The notes under the pieces: model-generated
Databases searched by the model: none
Told to the model about the DNA's origin: nothing
Seen by the model: the letters and a program-made list of their open reading frames with translations, nothing else
Made by a program: the position numbers and the translations under genes
DNA from: Klebsiella phage ST13-OXA48phi12.1
Strand: one strand, 5' to 3'
Sequence record: MK422453.1
Length of the DNA: 39,086 nt
Shown here: positions 29,592-37,960 of the stretch, one piece after another
How positions within the stretch are numbered: the stretch's first letter is position 1
Layout of the letters: the number at the start of each line of letters is the position of its first letter

Positions 29592-30857
29592 TCAAATCCC
29601 CGTCAATTTCTTGATGAACGGCAATGCTCCATATCTACCGTCTAGGTATGCGGCTTCTAGATTTTCCCTTCCCTTTCTTGGGCTAAAATCAGTCAATGGA
29701 TATAGATTGGTTTCACTGAGTTCATTTTTCTCACAAAACCAGACTTGATCGCGTCTAAAAATGCTTTGATTCAGAATGGATGTCTCATGCGTTGAGAAAA
29801 TTAACTGAGCACCTTTTTTATTAGTATCAGGACTATTAAAAAGATTTACCAAAAAACTAACCAGCTTTGGATGCAATGTATCGTGAAGCTCATCGATAAA
29901 TAGTACATATCCATTATCGAGGGCGTCCAGCCATGGACCAGCTAAAGAAAAAAGTTTTTGAGTGCCATGAGACTCTTCCTCAAGAGAAAAACTAACCGGC
30001 TCCCCTTTATCGTTATAATGCACGGTAGTAACATCAAAGATATCTTTATCCTTCATGTTAGAAATAACGATTTTTTTGATATCATCTGGCATATCAGAGG
30101 GCAAATCGTCTGGATTAAATTTTTCTTTTGTAACTAAAACATCATCAATGCCAATGTCTGCAGCTTTCAAGAAATTCAAGATATCTTTCTTCGTATCCTC
30201 AGTGCAGCGTTTGGCGGAGAATGTATTGGCCCATCCTTTAATACCAGAAAGTCTCAGTGTTTTTTTAAACCAAGTAAATACAGGCTTAAGCTGCTCACTA
30301 TTTAATTGGACAGCTGTAGATAAGAACAAGGCATTATTTCTAGTTGAGCGCTGCCAAACTTGTTTTTCACCAAGCAGTGATGCGCCAAAATCCCACTCAT
30401 ATTCCTGTTTCTCTTCATCCCAAGCTCTGAAATACCACTTTTGAGGTCTTCCTTTTGGGTACGCAAAGAGCCATTCATCAATAATTCTTTCATTTGTAGC
30501 AGAAAAACCAAACTGATACCGAATGCCCTCTGCAATAAAAGTAACTTCAAATTCAGTAGGATTTTTAATTGAATCTGAATCAAGCTTGAAAGGGAATACA
30601 GGAACCTCTTCGCCAGCCTGAGTATTAGATGCAGATTGAGTAACGATATCCATCATAGCTCTGACAGCGAGAAGCACATTCGATTTTCCCGCTGCGTTAG
30701 CACCGTAAATAACAGCTGACTTGAGAACATTAAGGTTAACGTTTCCTTCAACTGTAAAGATATTCTCTTCTAACTCATTACTTTTGTTAGCAATAAGTGA
30801 AAATGTTTGTTTGTTTTTGATTGAGAGATAGTTCTCAACATTGAATTCAATAAGCAT
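29592..30857 (-). CDS. ABC-type AAA_15/AAA_21 ATPase of an OLD/AbiL/PARIS-like two-gene module, 421 aa
   Basis: Walker A GANAAGKSN, a long inserted region, signature-like ESHGTQKLFSLAG, Walker B VLFIDELHDTLHP and H-loop IFSTHE. A strong SD AGGAGGGG precedes the start. The gene is AT-rich compared with the surrounding phage genes. Confidence 0.7.
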   Translation of the reverse strand: MLIEFNVENYLSIKNKQTFSLIANKSNELEENIFTVEGNVNLNVLKSAVIYGANAAGKSNVLLAVRAMMDIVTQSASNTQAGEEVPVFPFKLDSDSIKNPTEFEVTFIAEGIRYQFGFSATNERIIDEWLFAYPKGRPQKWYFRAWDEEKQEYEWDFGASLLGEKQVWQRSTRNNALFLSTAVQLNSEQLKPVFTWFKKTLRLSGIKGWANTFSAKRCTEDTKKDILNFLKAADIGIDDVLVTKEKFNPDDLPSDMPDDIKKIVISNMKDKDIFDVTTVHYNDKGEPVSFSLEEESHGTQKLFSLAGPWLDALDNGYVLFIDELHDTLHPKLVSFLVNLFNSPDTNKKGAQLIFSTHETSILNQSIFRRDQVWFCEKNELSETNLYPLTDFSPRKGRENLEAAYLDGRYGALPFIKKLTGI

Positions 30858-31034
30858 TTTTCCCCTCCTGGTGGTTGAATAATCTTAGTTGCAAAAGCAA
30901 CAAACGTCACCAACAACCAAATCTTAGGACACTTTATGACAAAAAACGTCAAAATGGTACTCATAAAACGGTTCAACGCCCATTTTAAGACTTAATCACC
31001 TTTGCTTTCAGCTAGCTTTGCGCCCTGAACGCGC

Positions 31035-31054
31035 GCTCGTATCCCCGCCACGCC
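31035..31054 (-). other. candidate cos site (minus-strand GGCGTGGCGGGGATACGAGC, matching 13/13 of the first bases of the 186/P2 19-nt cohesive end GGCGTGGCGGGGAAAGCAT)
   Basis: The only P2/186 cos-like string I found in the window. It lies in a 330-bp non-coding gap, at the place in the gene order where cos is expected (between the Q side and the A side). Confidence 0.4.
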
Positions 31055-31096
31055 TGCCCGCTTTGTGTAGTGGTTTTCATGCACCTGCATGAGATA

Positions 31097-31123
31097 TGAA
31101 AAAGCCCGCCAGAACTGGCGGGC
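31097..31123 (-). terminator. rho-independent terminator after orf85 (minus strand GCCCGCCAG-TTCT-CTGGCGGGC + TTTTTCAT)
   Basis: GC stem plus T-run on the minus strand, 70 nt downstream of the orf85 stop. Confidence 0.75.
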
Positions 31124-31189
31124 CGGAGCTAAAACGATCCTCAAACGATCATGCAGATTCATGCGGCATAGTCATGCACTCGCTTTTTT

Positions 31190-31447
31190 TCAGGTTAGCC
31201 TGAAATCCTCGTCAAAATCCATAAAGTTTTCAGCTACTCGCGATGAAAGGATGATGTACTTAATCCCCTCATCCAAGGGAACTGGGCGATCAAGTTCAAG
31301 CATAAAAACACCATCATAGGTTTTACCCAGCCAGAACCCGCCGCCGCAGGATTTTGGCCGCTGAAAAAGCACCCAGCCACCCTGAACAAATTTCGTTAGT
31401 GGCTCATAGCGATAAACGACCTGATAATTGCTGTCTTTAGACCCCAT
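31190..31447 (-). CDS. hypothetical protein, 85 aa (cos-proximal cargo; function unknown)
   Basis: MGSKDSNYQVVYRYEPLTKFVQGGWVLFQRPKSCGGGFWLGKTYDGVFMLELDRPVPLDEG... with a GAGG-type SD. It has its own terminator. No family was recognised. Confidence 0.55.
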   Translation of the reverse strand: MGSKDSNYQVVYRYEPLTKFVQGGWVLFQRPKSCGGGFWLGKTYDGVFMLELDRPVPLDEGIKYIILSSRVAENFMDFDEDFRLT

Positions 31448-31475
31448 AGCCTAACGCCTCGCCTTGCTCGTTGTT

Positions 31476-31524
31476 CAACGTTGCAGGCGGTAAAAACCAG
31501 TTTTATCGCCTGCAACGTTTTGTT
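31476..31524 (+). terminator. 13-bp perfect stem (AACGTTGCAGGCG ... CGCCTGCAACGTT) followed by TTTTGTT; plus-strand-oriented terminator/insulator between the dinI-like gene and orf85
   Basis: Read directly. The T-tract is present only on the plus strand. On the minus strand it directly follows the dinI-like stop, so it may also act as a processing or stability element. Confidence 0.5.
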
Positions 31525-31756
31525 AATGCAGCCAGCTGTCGTCTTCCCAGACCTGCTGCATAATTTCCATTACCCGCTGCTTATCCTCATCAAGTTTTAA
31601 GCCGGTCAACTCGATACCGTTGGCACTGCCTTTGCGAATGCGGATCGCCGTCTTGGGATATAAAGGGATCAGGTTGCGGTAAAGCTCGGTTTCGAGTGCT
31701 TCCAGTGTCGCCTGGCTAATTTTCTGCTCTTTATCAATCATTATTTCGACACGCAT
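31523..31756 (-). CDS. dinI: DinI-family protein (DNA-damage-inducible protein I-like), about 77 aa
   Basis: Start at MRVEIMIDKEQKISQATLEALETELYRNLIPLYPKTAIRIRKGSANGIELTGLKLDEDKQRVMEIMQQVWEDDSWL, which aligns with E. coli DinI (MRIEVTIAK...SVRYAAANNLSVIG...KQRISEILQETWESADDWF). The upstream part of ORF 31523..31804 is excluded. Confidence 0.8.
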   Translation of the reverse strand: MRVEIMIDKEQKISQATLEALETELYRNLIPLYPKTAIRIRKGSANGIELTGLKLDEDKQRVMEIMQQVWEDDSWLH

Positions 31757-31769
31757 GGAGATCATCCCC

Positions 31770-31958
31770 CTAACTGGAAACATCCATTGACCGGGTGTAT
31801 TCATGGCTACGAATTTTCGCCATTAATTCATCAGTCAGCTCAGAAACCCACTGGATAGCAAGTCGCTTCTCTTCATCGCTGCACTCACTAGCCGCTACAA
31901 GCTTGATAAAAAAATCAATACGCTGGAGTTTTAACGACTCCAAAAGATAGTCCTGCAT
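31770..31958 (-). CDS. small hypothetical protein, 62 aa, first gene of the SOS-box-controlled moron operon
   Basis: Start chosen at MQDYLLESLKLQRIDFF... because a strong SD (GGAGGGG) sits immediately upstream. The first ATG of ORF 31770..32048 lies inside the LexA-box/promoter region. Confidence 0.5.
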   Translation of the reverse strand: MQDYLLESLKLQRIDFFIKLVAASECSDEEKRLAIQWVSELTDELMAKIRSHEYTRSMDVSS

Positions 31959-32016
31959 TTCCCCTCCTATCCTCACTACGGGATATCCGTTGCCATATAC
32001 CCTCAAAGGGATATTG

Positions 32017-32054
32017 CCATACTGTATATACATCCACTGGATATCCATACAGTA
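32017..32054 (-). promoter_or_regulatory. tandem LexA (SOS) boxes overlapping the promoter of the orf62-dinI-like operon
   Basis: The minus strand reads TACTGTATGGATATCCAGTG (CTG-N10-CAG; compare consensus TACTGTATATATATACAGTA), followed by GATGTATATACAGTATGG carrying a perfect TATATACAGTA half-site. The region is AT-rich and promoter-like (TTTACA ... TATACT), directly upstream of the SD-marked start. Confidence 0.6.
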
Positions 32055-32141
32055 TAATATGATTTTCTCGATGTAAAATAGTTTTTATCATTCAATCAGA
32101 TGTGTCCGATGCAGGAGGATAAAGCAGAAAATGCGCCCCCT

Positions 32142-34586
32142 TCATCGGTACCACTGGCGCCATTTATCATCTTCCTGCAGCCTTTGGTTCCGGTAAAAGA
32201 CACGCAGACCGGCACCGGATGGAATACTGCCACCGCGCAGAAGCAGATCGATCTCCGCCTCCGAACCATCAAAGCCTCTCGATTTAAGTTCATACTCCAG
32301 CTGCAGGCGCTGCTGATTATCCACATCCTGCCTGTATCCTTTCCGGCGCTTAGGCTTAACCATGCGAAGCCGTGCGTTTAGCTCCCTCAGCTCCTTTTTG
32401 CTCATGCTATGGAGATACTCCTGCAGCTCCCGCTCATCCATACCCGCAATATCCGTTAAATCCTGTCCGCTTACGGCCCCGTTTTCGTTCATTTTTTCCA
32501 CAGGGGGACAGTTATTGCCACGAGTCCAAGGGGCGCAAGCGCCCTGGTCGGCTGGCGCCTCCTGAACGTCAACGGCCTTACGAACCATTTTCCACTTCAT
32601 CGCATGCGTGCAAATCCGGCCCTCAATAATCGGGGACCAAATGCCATAAATACGGATGCTGTGATCGCCATAGGCTGATGGCTCGTCATTGAGTTCATAA
32701 GCCGTGCGGACCAGGTGATGTTTACGCGGAACCAGTACGCCGCCCTGTTTCATGATGTAGGTGGCAAAACACCCGGCATCGGCTGCCGCCAGCACGGCAT
32801 CCAGACGCGGGTTATCCAGTACCGGCGCACCTGCTTTTTTATCGGCCTGCTGTCGCGCGGCCTGGCCCGCCAGCAAACGCAGCTCGCGATAAGCCTGGCG
32901 GCCCGGTATACCGAAAAAGCGGAATTGCTGGACGCGATGCAGCGAAGCCCAGGCATTGACATGTTCGGCATTGTCCCGCAGTGATCTGCCGGTTTCTTTG
33001 CTGATTTCGTTAGCCAGGCCACGCCCGTCGATGTTCTTACTGATGTACTTCGCGATGTAGCTGGTCGGCGTACCCTTGCGCGGGTTGATCAGCTCAGACT
33101 TAAAACGCGGGCCGGTATTGTTGCCCAGCTCCTCGCGGTCCTCACGGATGGCAAATTTACGCAGCAGCGCAGTGATGGACTTGCGGTCTTTTTTGCGCAT
33201 GAAGCAAAGCAGGTGCCAGTGCACGGTGCCGTCATGGTGTGGCTCAGCAACGCGGACGCCATACCAGCGCAGCCCGGCTTTGTGCATCGCCTTGCGGAAA
33301 GCGGCGAACGTATGCACCAGATAGTCGCTGCTCTGCCGGACCGTTGCACTGGTCCATTTCGGGTTTGGCCTGCCGTTATTGAGCGTTGCGTGAAAGCGTG
33401 ACGGGCAGGTGATGGTATAGAACACCGCGCAGTCTCCGCGCATTTCCGCGATTAACTCCAGCCCCTTAACACAGGCCATCATTTCATTACGACGGTGCGC
33501 CGGATTGCTGCTACTGGCGTTTACCACGTCTTCCATATCCAGCGTATCGCCCTGCTCATTGGTCAGCTCATGCGAGCGGAAGAACTCCAGCGATTTGCGG
33601 CGCTGTTCGCGTTTATGGATCACGGCCTCATAGCTGACATACGGGGACGCCTTTTTGTTAACCAGGCAGACGGCGCGCAGCTGTTCTTCCCGCCATTCAC
33701 ACCGCATCTGCCACAGCTTGCGATACCACCAGTCAGCACAGAGCATACGGGCAAGCGAACCCGGAATAAGTTCGTATTGTACCGGGTTACGGCGGTGCTT
33801 TTTGCGGCGCAGCTTCTCGAAGGCAGGCGGGAGAACATCAAGGCGCATGGCCTCAGCGGCCACCCTTTCCCATGACCGGCGGATCTCTTCTGGCGTAACG
33901 TCTTCATCCGTAAACAGCTCACCGCAGGCAGCATCCAGACACATGCTCATGTGTGCCGCCACCAGTGTTGATAAACGCTTAACCTGCTCCTGGTTCATTT
34001 CCGGCAGAACCAGCAGGCCCTCCAGCCCGTCGTGGCTCGCCATAAACCGGAATGACGCAGAAACCTGGCTGGCGCGCACGCGCTCCAGGCGATCAAGGCA
34101 CGGCCTGATGGTTTCACGCAGGTAGCGAGAATAGGCTTTTGCTCTGCCCAGACTATGGAAATATTTAATCCGCTCCAGCAGAGGCTTGCTGATATGGGAC
34201 GGCATGGCGTTAACATCAGCCAGAATAACCAGATCGGGATTAAAACGCTGCTGCTCGCGCGCCATTTTGGCATGGCTAATCAGCCGGTCCTGCTCCATTT
34301 CACGCTGGACAGGATCACGGGATTCATTGAAGAAATAGCGTTCCCAGACCTCATCGCTCATCGCCTCACGCCGCAGTTGCTCCTGCTCGTTGTCGCTGGC
34401 GTAGAGAGCGATCAGGTTTGAAAGCGCAGATACCGGCGCAACTTCCGCCGGGTCCGTGTATGGGTTAACCGCTTTTTTCGGGGTATTCCAGACAAAAGCA
34501 GCGGCGGCATCATCTGCGCCGCCGTAGTTTTTAACGTCGTGATGGCTCACACAAATACTCTCTTTGGAAAGTTTCGTAAGACGCAC
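32142..34586 (-). CDS. A: rolling-circle replication initiation endonuclease gpA (P2 A / 186 RepA family), 814 aa
   Basis: N-terminus [15 protein letters not shown] resembles the P2 A N-terminus. HWHLL motif and the active-site tyrosine motif YIAKYISKN (phiX174-gpA superfamily) are present. The 5' end overlaps the dam 3' end by about 56 nt, so the exact start is uncertain. Confidence 0.88.
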   Translation of the reverse strand: MRLTKLSKESICVSHHDVKNYGGADDAAAAFVWNTPKKAVNPYTDPAEVAPVSALSNLIALYASDNEQEQLRREAMSDEVWERYFFNESRDPVQREMEQDRLISHAKMAREQQRFNPDLVILADVNAMPSHISKPLLERIKYFHSLGRAKAYSRYLRETIRPCLDRLERVRASQVSASFRFMASHDGLEGLLVLPEMNQEQVKRLSTLVAAHMSMCLDAACGELFTDEDVTPEEIRRSWERVAAEAMRLDVLPPAFEKLRRKKHRRNPVQYELIPGSLARMLCADWWYRKLWQMRCEWREEQLRAVCLVNKKASPYVSYEAVIHKREQRRKSLEFFRSHELTNEQGDTLDMEDVVNASSSNPAHRRNEMMACVKGLELIAEMRGDCAVFYTITCPSRFHATLNNGRPNPKWTSATVRQSSDYLVHTFAAFRKAMHKAGLRWYGVRVAEPHHDGTVHWHLLCFMRKKDRKSITALLRKFAIREDREELGNNTGPRFKSELINPRKGTPTSYIAKYISKNIDGRGLANEISKETGRSLRDNAEHVNAWASLHRVQQFRFFGIPGRQAYRELRLLAGQAARQQADKKAGAPVLDNPRLDAVLAAADAGCFATYIMKQGGVLVPRKHHLVRTAYELNDEPSAYGDHSIRIYGIWSPIIEGRICTHAMKWKMVRKAVDVQEAPADQGACAPWTRGNNCPPVEKMNENGAVSGQDLTDIAGMDERELQEYLHSMSKKELRELNARLRMVKPKRRKGYRQDVDNQQRLQLEYELKSRGFDGSEAEIDLLLRGGSIPSGAGLRVFYRNQRLQEDDKWRQWYR

Positions 34587-35418
34587 TCACGACTGGATAC
34601 GCTGCCAGATCAAACCCGGACCAGATCAGAGGTTGAGAAACAGCGATAATTTCAGTTTCAGACTTACCATCACCACCGGCAACGCCCATACTGCGTTTTG
34701 CGTTAATACGGTGGCGGGTAAAATTCTGGTAAATCGCGTTCGTCAGCTCGGTTTCACTGTTCGACACAACAACCTGATGGCCTGCTGATGCCAGTACATC
34801 AAGAGTCGTCGCCAGGCGACGCTGTTCAAGCTCATTGAAACCATCAGTGTGATAATCGGTAAATGTTCCGTCATAAGGTGGGTCGCAATAAATCACATCA
34901 CCTACTTTGACCATCGCTAAAGTTTCCTCATAGCTGGCACAAATGAAGGTGGCGCGCTTTGCTTTCTCTGCAAATGCTCTGATTTCGTCTTCCGGGAAAT
35001 ATGTTTTTTTATAATTCCCGTATGGAACGTTAAATTCACCTTTCCTGTTATAACGGCACAATCCACGATAACAGTGGCGATTAAGATAAAGGAAAAATAC
35101 AGCCTTCCAGAAATCAGTAGTTTCAGATGAATGATTAAAATCCTGACGAATATTGTAATAAGAGGTTTCGCTATTAGTGCTGGCAAAGAACCCTTTAGCG
35201 TTAGTAATAAATTTCTCGCAGTTAAATGCAATCTGCTTATAAAGATTAATCAGGTCTGAATTAATATCCGCGACAAGATAATGAGGATACTCTGTCGCCA
35301 TCATCACAGCGCAGGAACCCGCGAAAGGTTCAACCAGTCGCAGGCCTGCAGGCAGGTGCTTTTTCAGCTCATGCATGACGGCGGTCTTATTGCCCGCCCA
35401 TTTCAGGATGGTGCTCAT
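34531..35418 (-). CDS. dam: DNA N6-adenine methyltransferase (Dam-like, D12 class), 295 aa
   Basis: Internal start [18 protein letters not shown]. The SAM motif EPFAGSCAV and catalytic DPPY are present. Its ATGA overlaps the traR-like stop. The upstream 21 codons of ORF 34531..35481 are excluded. Confidence 0.85.
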   Translation of the reverse strand: MSTILKWAGNKTAVMHELKKHLPAGLRLVEPFAGSCAVMMATEYPHYLVADINSDLINLYKQIAFNCEKFITNAKGFFASTNSETSYYNIRQDFNHSSETTDFWKAVFFLYLNRHCYRGLCRYNRKGEFNVPYGNYKKTYFPEDEIRAFAEKAKRATFICASYEETLAMVKVGDVIYCDPPYDGTFTDYHTDGFNELEQRRLATTLDVLASAGHQVVVSNSETELTNAIYQNFTRHRINAKRSMGVAGGDGKSETEIIAVSQPLIWSGFDLAAYPVVSASYETFQREYLCEPSRR

Positions 35419-35642
35419 ATAGCACCCCCGTTGTAGTGTTTGCCTTTCAGCTCTGCGATTTCCTGACAGGTGATGCAGCACTGCACGCCGGGAAGCGCAC
35501 GGCGGCGAGCGGGCGGGATTGGCGCATCACATTCGATGCATAAAACGCGGGAAACGCCCGGCTCTTTACTGCGGGCGGTGTGGATGTGCCGCTGGCGTTC
35601 TTCTTCAACGCGCTGCTGTACGAGGTCCATAGAATCAGCCAT
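35415..35642 (-). CDS. TraR/DksA-family C4 zinc-finger protein, 75 aa
   Basis: CIECDAPIPPARRRALPGVQCCITCQ (C-X2-C-X17-C-X2-C) is typical of phage TraR-like proteins. Confidence 0.8.
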   Translation of the reverse strand: MADSMDLVQQRVEEERQRHIHTARSKEPGVSRVLCIECDAPIPPARRRALPGVQCCITCQEIAELKGKHYNGGAI

Positions 35643-35875
35643 CAGTGGATCTCCTGCGCTTCGTTCTGGATGTTTTCCGCAGCAACGCGCAGCAGCTCCG
35701 CTGCCTCCACGTGATTAAGCTGGCGCGATGTGATGTGACACGCCAGGCTATCAAGGCGGGCAGCCATTGCCGCAGCACGTGCTCGGCGTTCTTCCATGCG
35801 GGCCTCTGTCAGCATCTGGTTAAGACCTGCATCATCCGGGCCGATTTTGTTGGAACGAGTTTCGATATTTCGCAT
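35642..35875 (-). CDS. hypothetical early protein, 77 aa
   Basis: ORF in the early operon with ATGA coupling to the downstream gene. No family was recognised. Confidence 0.5.
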   Translation of the reverse strand: MRNIETRSNKIGPDDAGLNQMLTEARMEERRARAAAMAARLDSLACHITSRQLNHVEAAELLRVAAENIQNEAQEIH

Positions 35876-35942
35876 TGTTGACTCTCCTGAATTTTGGCAA
35901 AAGAATGCCCGGCGGGTTTACGCCATTAATTTCTGTTACTGG

Positions 35943-36284
35943 TTAATTCGGCATGGTTAGCCGCTTTGGAAATAAGCTCACCACTGCACGAAAATGGTTC
36001 ATTGCTTTTATCAGCTCCCGCTTTTCGTCAGTCGTCAGCTCATTCATATTGACGTTATGACGATCCGCCGGAATCTTAGCCATAAAGAATATGGCGGCTA
36101 AGGCACGCTCATTTTGTTTATGGTTAATATCTCGCTGGTCCCGCATATCGCTAATAAAACGCTCCAGTTCAGGTTCTATATTCAAGCCGAACACTTTCGC
36201 CCTTAGCTCTGCAATATGATTCAGGCCATCCAGCCGATGTCCCGGACTTAGTGGAACAGTCGCAGAATCGCCTTCAATAGCCAT
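35943..36284 (-). CDS. hypothetical early protein, 113 aa
   Basis: Early-operon ORF. Its 5' end overlaps the fil-like gene, so the start is uncertain. Confidence 0.5.
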   Translation of the reverse strand: MAIEGDSATVPLSPGHRLDGLNHIAELRAKVFGLNIEPELERFISDMRDQRDINHKQNERALAAIFFMAKIPADRHNVNMNELTTDEKRELIKAMNHFRAVVSLFPKRLTMPN

Positions 36285-36454
36285 GGTTTCCCCTGTTTAT
36301 TAGTACGCAGTTCAGCCAGCAGCGCATCCTGCGAGCGGCACGGGTGCCAGCGCTTGCCATCTTTACCCATGATCCAGCCATGCCCGAAATGCGGTGATGG
36401 ACTTTGCTTAACGAGAAGCGATGCGATTGATGGTTGGTTATTCAACATAGCCAC
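36248..36454 (-). CDS. small early protein in the position of 186 fil (host cell-division inhibitor), 68 aa
   Basis: Immediately downstream of cII with overlapping stop and start. Assigned by synteny with 186 (cII-fil-dhr). The sequence is not confidently recognised. Confidence 0.4.
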   Translation of the reverse strand: MAMLNNQPSIASLLVKQSPSPHFGHGWIMGKDGKRWHPCRSQDALLAELRTNKQGKPWLLKAILRLFH

Positions 36455-36455
36455 C

Positions 36456-36965
36456 TCAGATCAAACCAAACGAGGCGCCCAGGCCAGTAACTGTATCAAT
36501 GGTGCTGGCCATCGCCGGGCTTGCCTGCAGGCGCGCCTGCAACGTCACTGCGGTTAATGCCATCAGTCGAGTAACTGAATTGATGCTATCAACAATCTGG
36601 CGACGCCCTGCCGTTGTGTGCGCTTCGCCGGAAACAGCGCCGGCAGCCACGCGGCCGATTTCTGCCGTAGCTTTTAGAACATATTCCGGCATCTTTTCGC
36701 GCGCGACTTCGTTTAGCGGCACGCACGGTAGGCAGTGGATCTGCGCCAGGAAACCATCAACCAACGCTGAATCCTCGGTCAGATCAGTAAGCAGCCAGAT
36801 ATCCGGTGCGGTAAGTTGGTGCGGCTGGTCAGGGTTTAGCTTATTGCGCAGTGTCTGGACATTCATTCCCGCGCGTTCTGCCAGTTTCGCCATGTTGTGA
36901 CGCAGCGCGAAAGCCCGGCAGGCTTCATCAAAATGCGGATGTTTGGAAATCCTGAAATCAAACAT
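36456..36965 (-). CDS. cII: 186-type CII transcriptional activator, about 169 aa
   Basis: Start at MFDFRISKHPHFDEACRAFALRHNMAKLAERAGMNVQTLRNKLNPDQPHQLTAPDIWLLTDLTEDSALVDGFLAQIHCLPCV, closely matching 186 CII (HTH). Confidence 0.85.
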   Translation of the reverse strand: MFDFRISKHPHFDEACRAFALRHNMAKLAERAGMNVQTLRNKLNPDQPHQLTAPDIWLLTDLTEDSALVDGFLAQIHCLPCVPLNEVAREKMPEYVLKATAEIGRVAAGAVSGEAHTTAGRRQIVDSINSVTRLMALTAVTLQARLQASPAMASTIDTVTGLGASFGLI

Positions 36966-36999
36966 GTTTTTGGCCTCTCTATATCCCAAAATGGAACTA

Positions 37000-37236
37000 T
37001 CAGGCTTGCATTGCGATTTCGCAGCCTTGAGCCGCTTCCATCGTCAATGCAAACATGTTTACTTCGATAAGGCTGTTTACCCCTTCCTTTTTACGAATTG
37101 GAAGGCGACCTTCACGGATCATTTGGCGGGCGTAGCTGAGTTTGTAACCGGTACGGCGGCAGAACTCATCCAGGGTAATGAATGGTTCAGACACCACAAG
37201 ATTGATGCTAGGGCGCATTGATAATTGGCGACTCAT
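37000..37236 (-). CDS. apl: Apl/Cox-type excisionase and lytic-promoter repressor, 78 aa
   Basis: HTH-containing small protein (ITLDEFCRRTGYKLSYARQMIREGRLP). It is the first gene of the early lytic operon, transcribed divergently from cI-int, as in 186. Confidence 0.8.
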   Translation of the reverse strand: MSRQLSMRPSINLVVSEPFITLDEFCRRTGYKLSYARQMIREGRLPIRKKEGVNSLIEVNMFALTMEAAQGCEIAMQA

Positions 37237-37336
37237 GATGCACTATTCCTCGGTTTGGGTGCCTAACTCACTATTAGGCACTGTTTAACACTATTCACAA
37301 CATCTTGAATCGAGATATTAGGATCACAAAACAATC
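37237..37336. promoter_or_regulatory. immunity switch region: inverted repeat GTGCCTAA-N7-TTAGGCAC (37259..37281), three CACTATT direct repeats, and candidate face-to-face promoters (minus strand TTGTGA-18-TAATAG for apl)
   Basis: Read directly. The 100-bp gap between the divergent apl and cI starts contains the operator-like dyad overlapping the putative -10 of the lytic promoter. Confidence 0.5.
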
Positions 37337-37957
37337 ATGTCAACACGAAACTTAACGAATAAAGATGACGTAAAGCTGATTCGAGATTTCATATCTCAAA
37401 ATAGAGGCGGAAAAGAGGTCATTGCTCGCATTCTGGAAGCTTATGGTTTCACTACCCGCATAGCCCTCTGCCATCAGCTTGGCGTCTCGCAAAGCACTAT
37501 GGCTAACAGGTATGCACGCGATACCTTCCCAGCCGACTGGGTGATCGTTTGTCATCTTGAAACAGGAGCATCACTAATTTGGCTTAGCACAGGGGAAGGA
37601 AGCAGGTTCCTTGGGGGCAACGATGAAAATATCACCTATTTAAAACGCATGGACATCACGAATGGGAATATCTCAACCCAAAAAGATGTCATAGCTGATA
37701 CATCGACAATTCCAGAGGGCTTGAATTCACCGTTCATCCTGAATGCTGACAAAACGACCTACCTTGCTGACCGTTACGATGGCGAATTGGTAGATGGGTT
37801 CTGGTTCATTGAAATTGATGGGATTGTAAGCGTCCGCGAGCTGTACCGCTTTCCTGGCGGACGCGTGCGAGTTGAGAATGGCAAGGCCTCTTTCGAATGC
37901 AAAATTGATGACATAAAAATCCTTGGGAAAATAATCACTCGTACAGAGAGCATGTGA
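37337..37957 (+). CDS. cI: 186-type CI immunity repressor, 206 aa
   Basis: N-terminal HTH (IALCHQLGVSQSTMANRYARDTF) plus a C-terminal oligomerisation domain. It sits immediately upstream of and co-oriented with int, as in 186/P2 C-int. Confidence 0.8.
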   Translation: MSTRNLTNKDDVKLIRDFISQNRGGKEVIARILEAYGFTTRIALCHQLGVSQSTMANRYARDTFPADWVIVCHLETGASLIWLSTGEGSRFLGGNDENITYLKRMDITNGNISTQKDVIADTSTIPEGLNSPFILNADKTTYLADRYDGELVDGFWFIEIDGIVSVRELYRFPGGRVRVENGKASFECKIDDIKILGKIITRTESM

Positions 37958-37960
37958 ATT

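Noticed and set aside
31089-31319. 76-aa plus-strand ORF overlapping orf85 and the terminator region
   Set aside because: It overlaps a better-supported minus-strand gene and a terminator hairpin, has an Arg/Ser-rich low-complexity translation, and has no SD.
31959-32048. Upstream ATG of six-frame ORF 31770..32048 (MDIQWMYIQYG...)
   Set aside because: That ATG lies inside the LexA-box/promoter sequence. A strong SD (GGAGGGG) instead precedes the internal MQDYLL start, so the longer form is probably not translated.
36248-36454. Confident naming of the 68-aa protein as 186 Fil, and of the 113-aa and 77-aa early ORFs as specific 186 genes (dhr etc.)
   Set aside because: Only synteny supports these names. 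I do not recognise the sequences well enough, so they are called hypothetical with a positional note.
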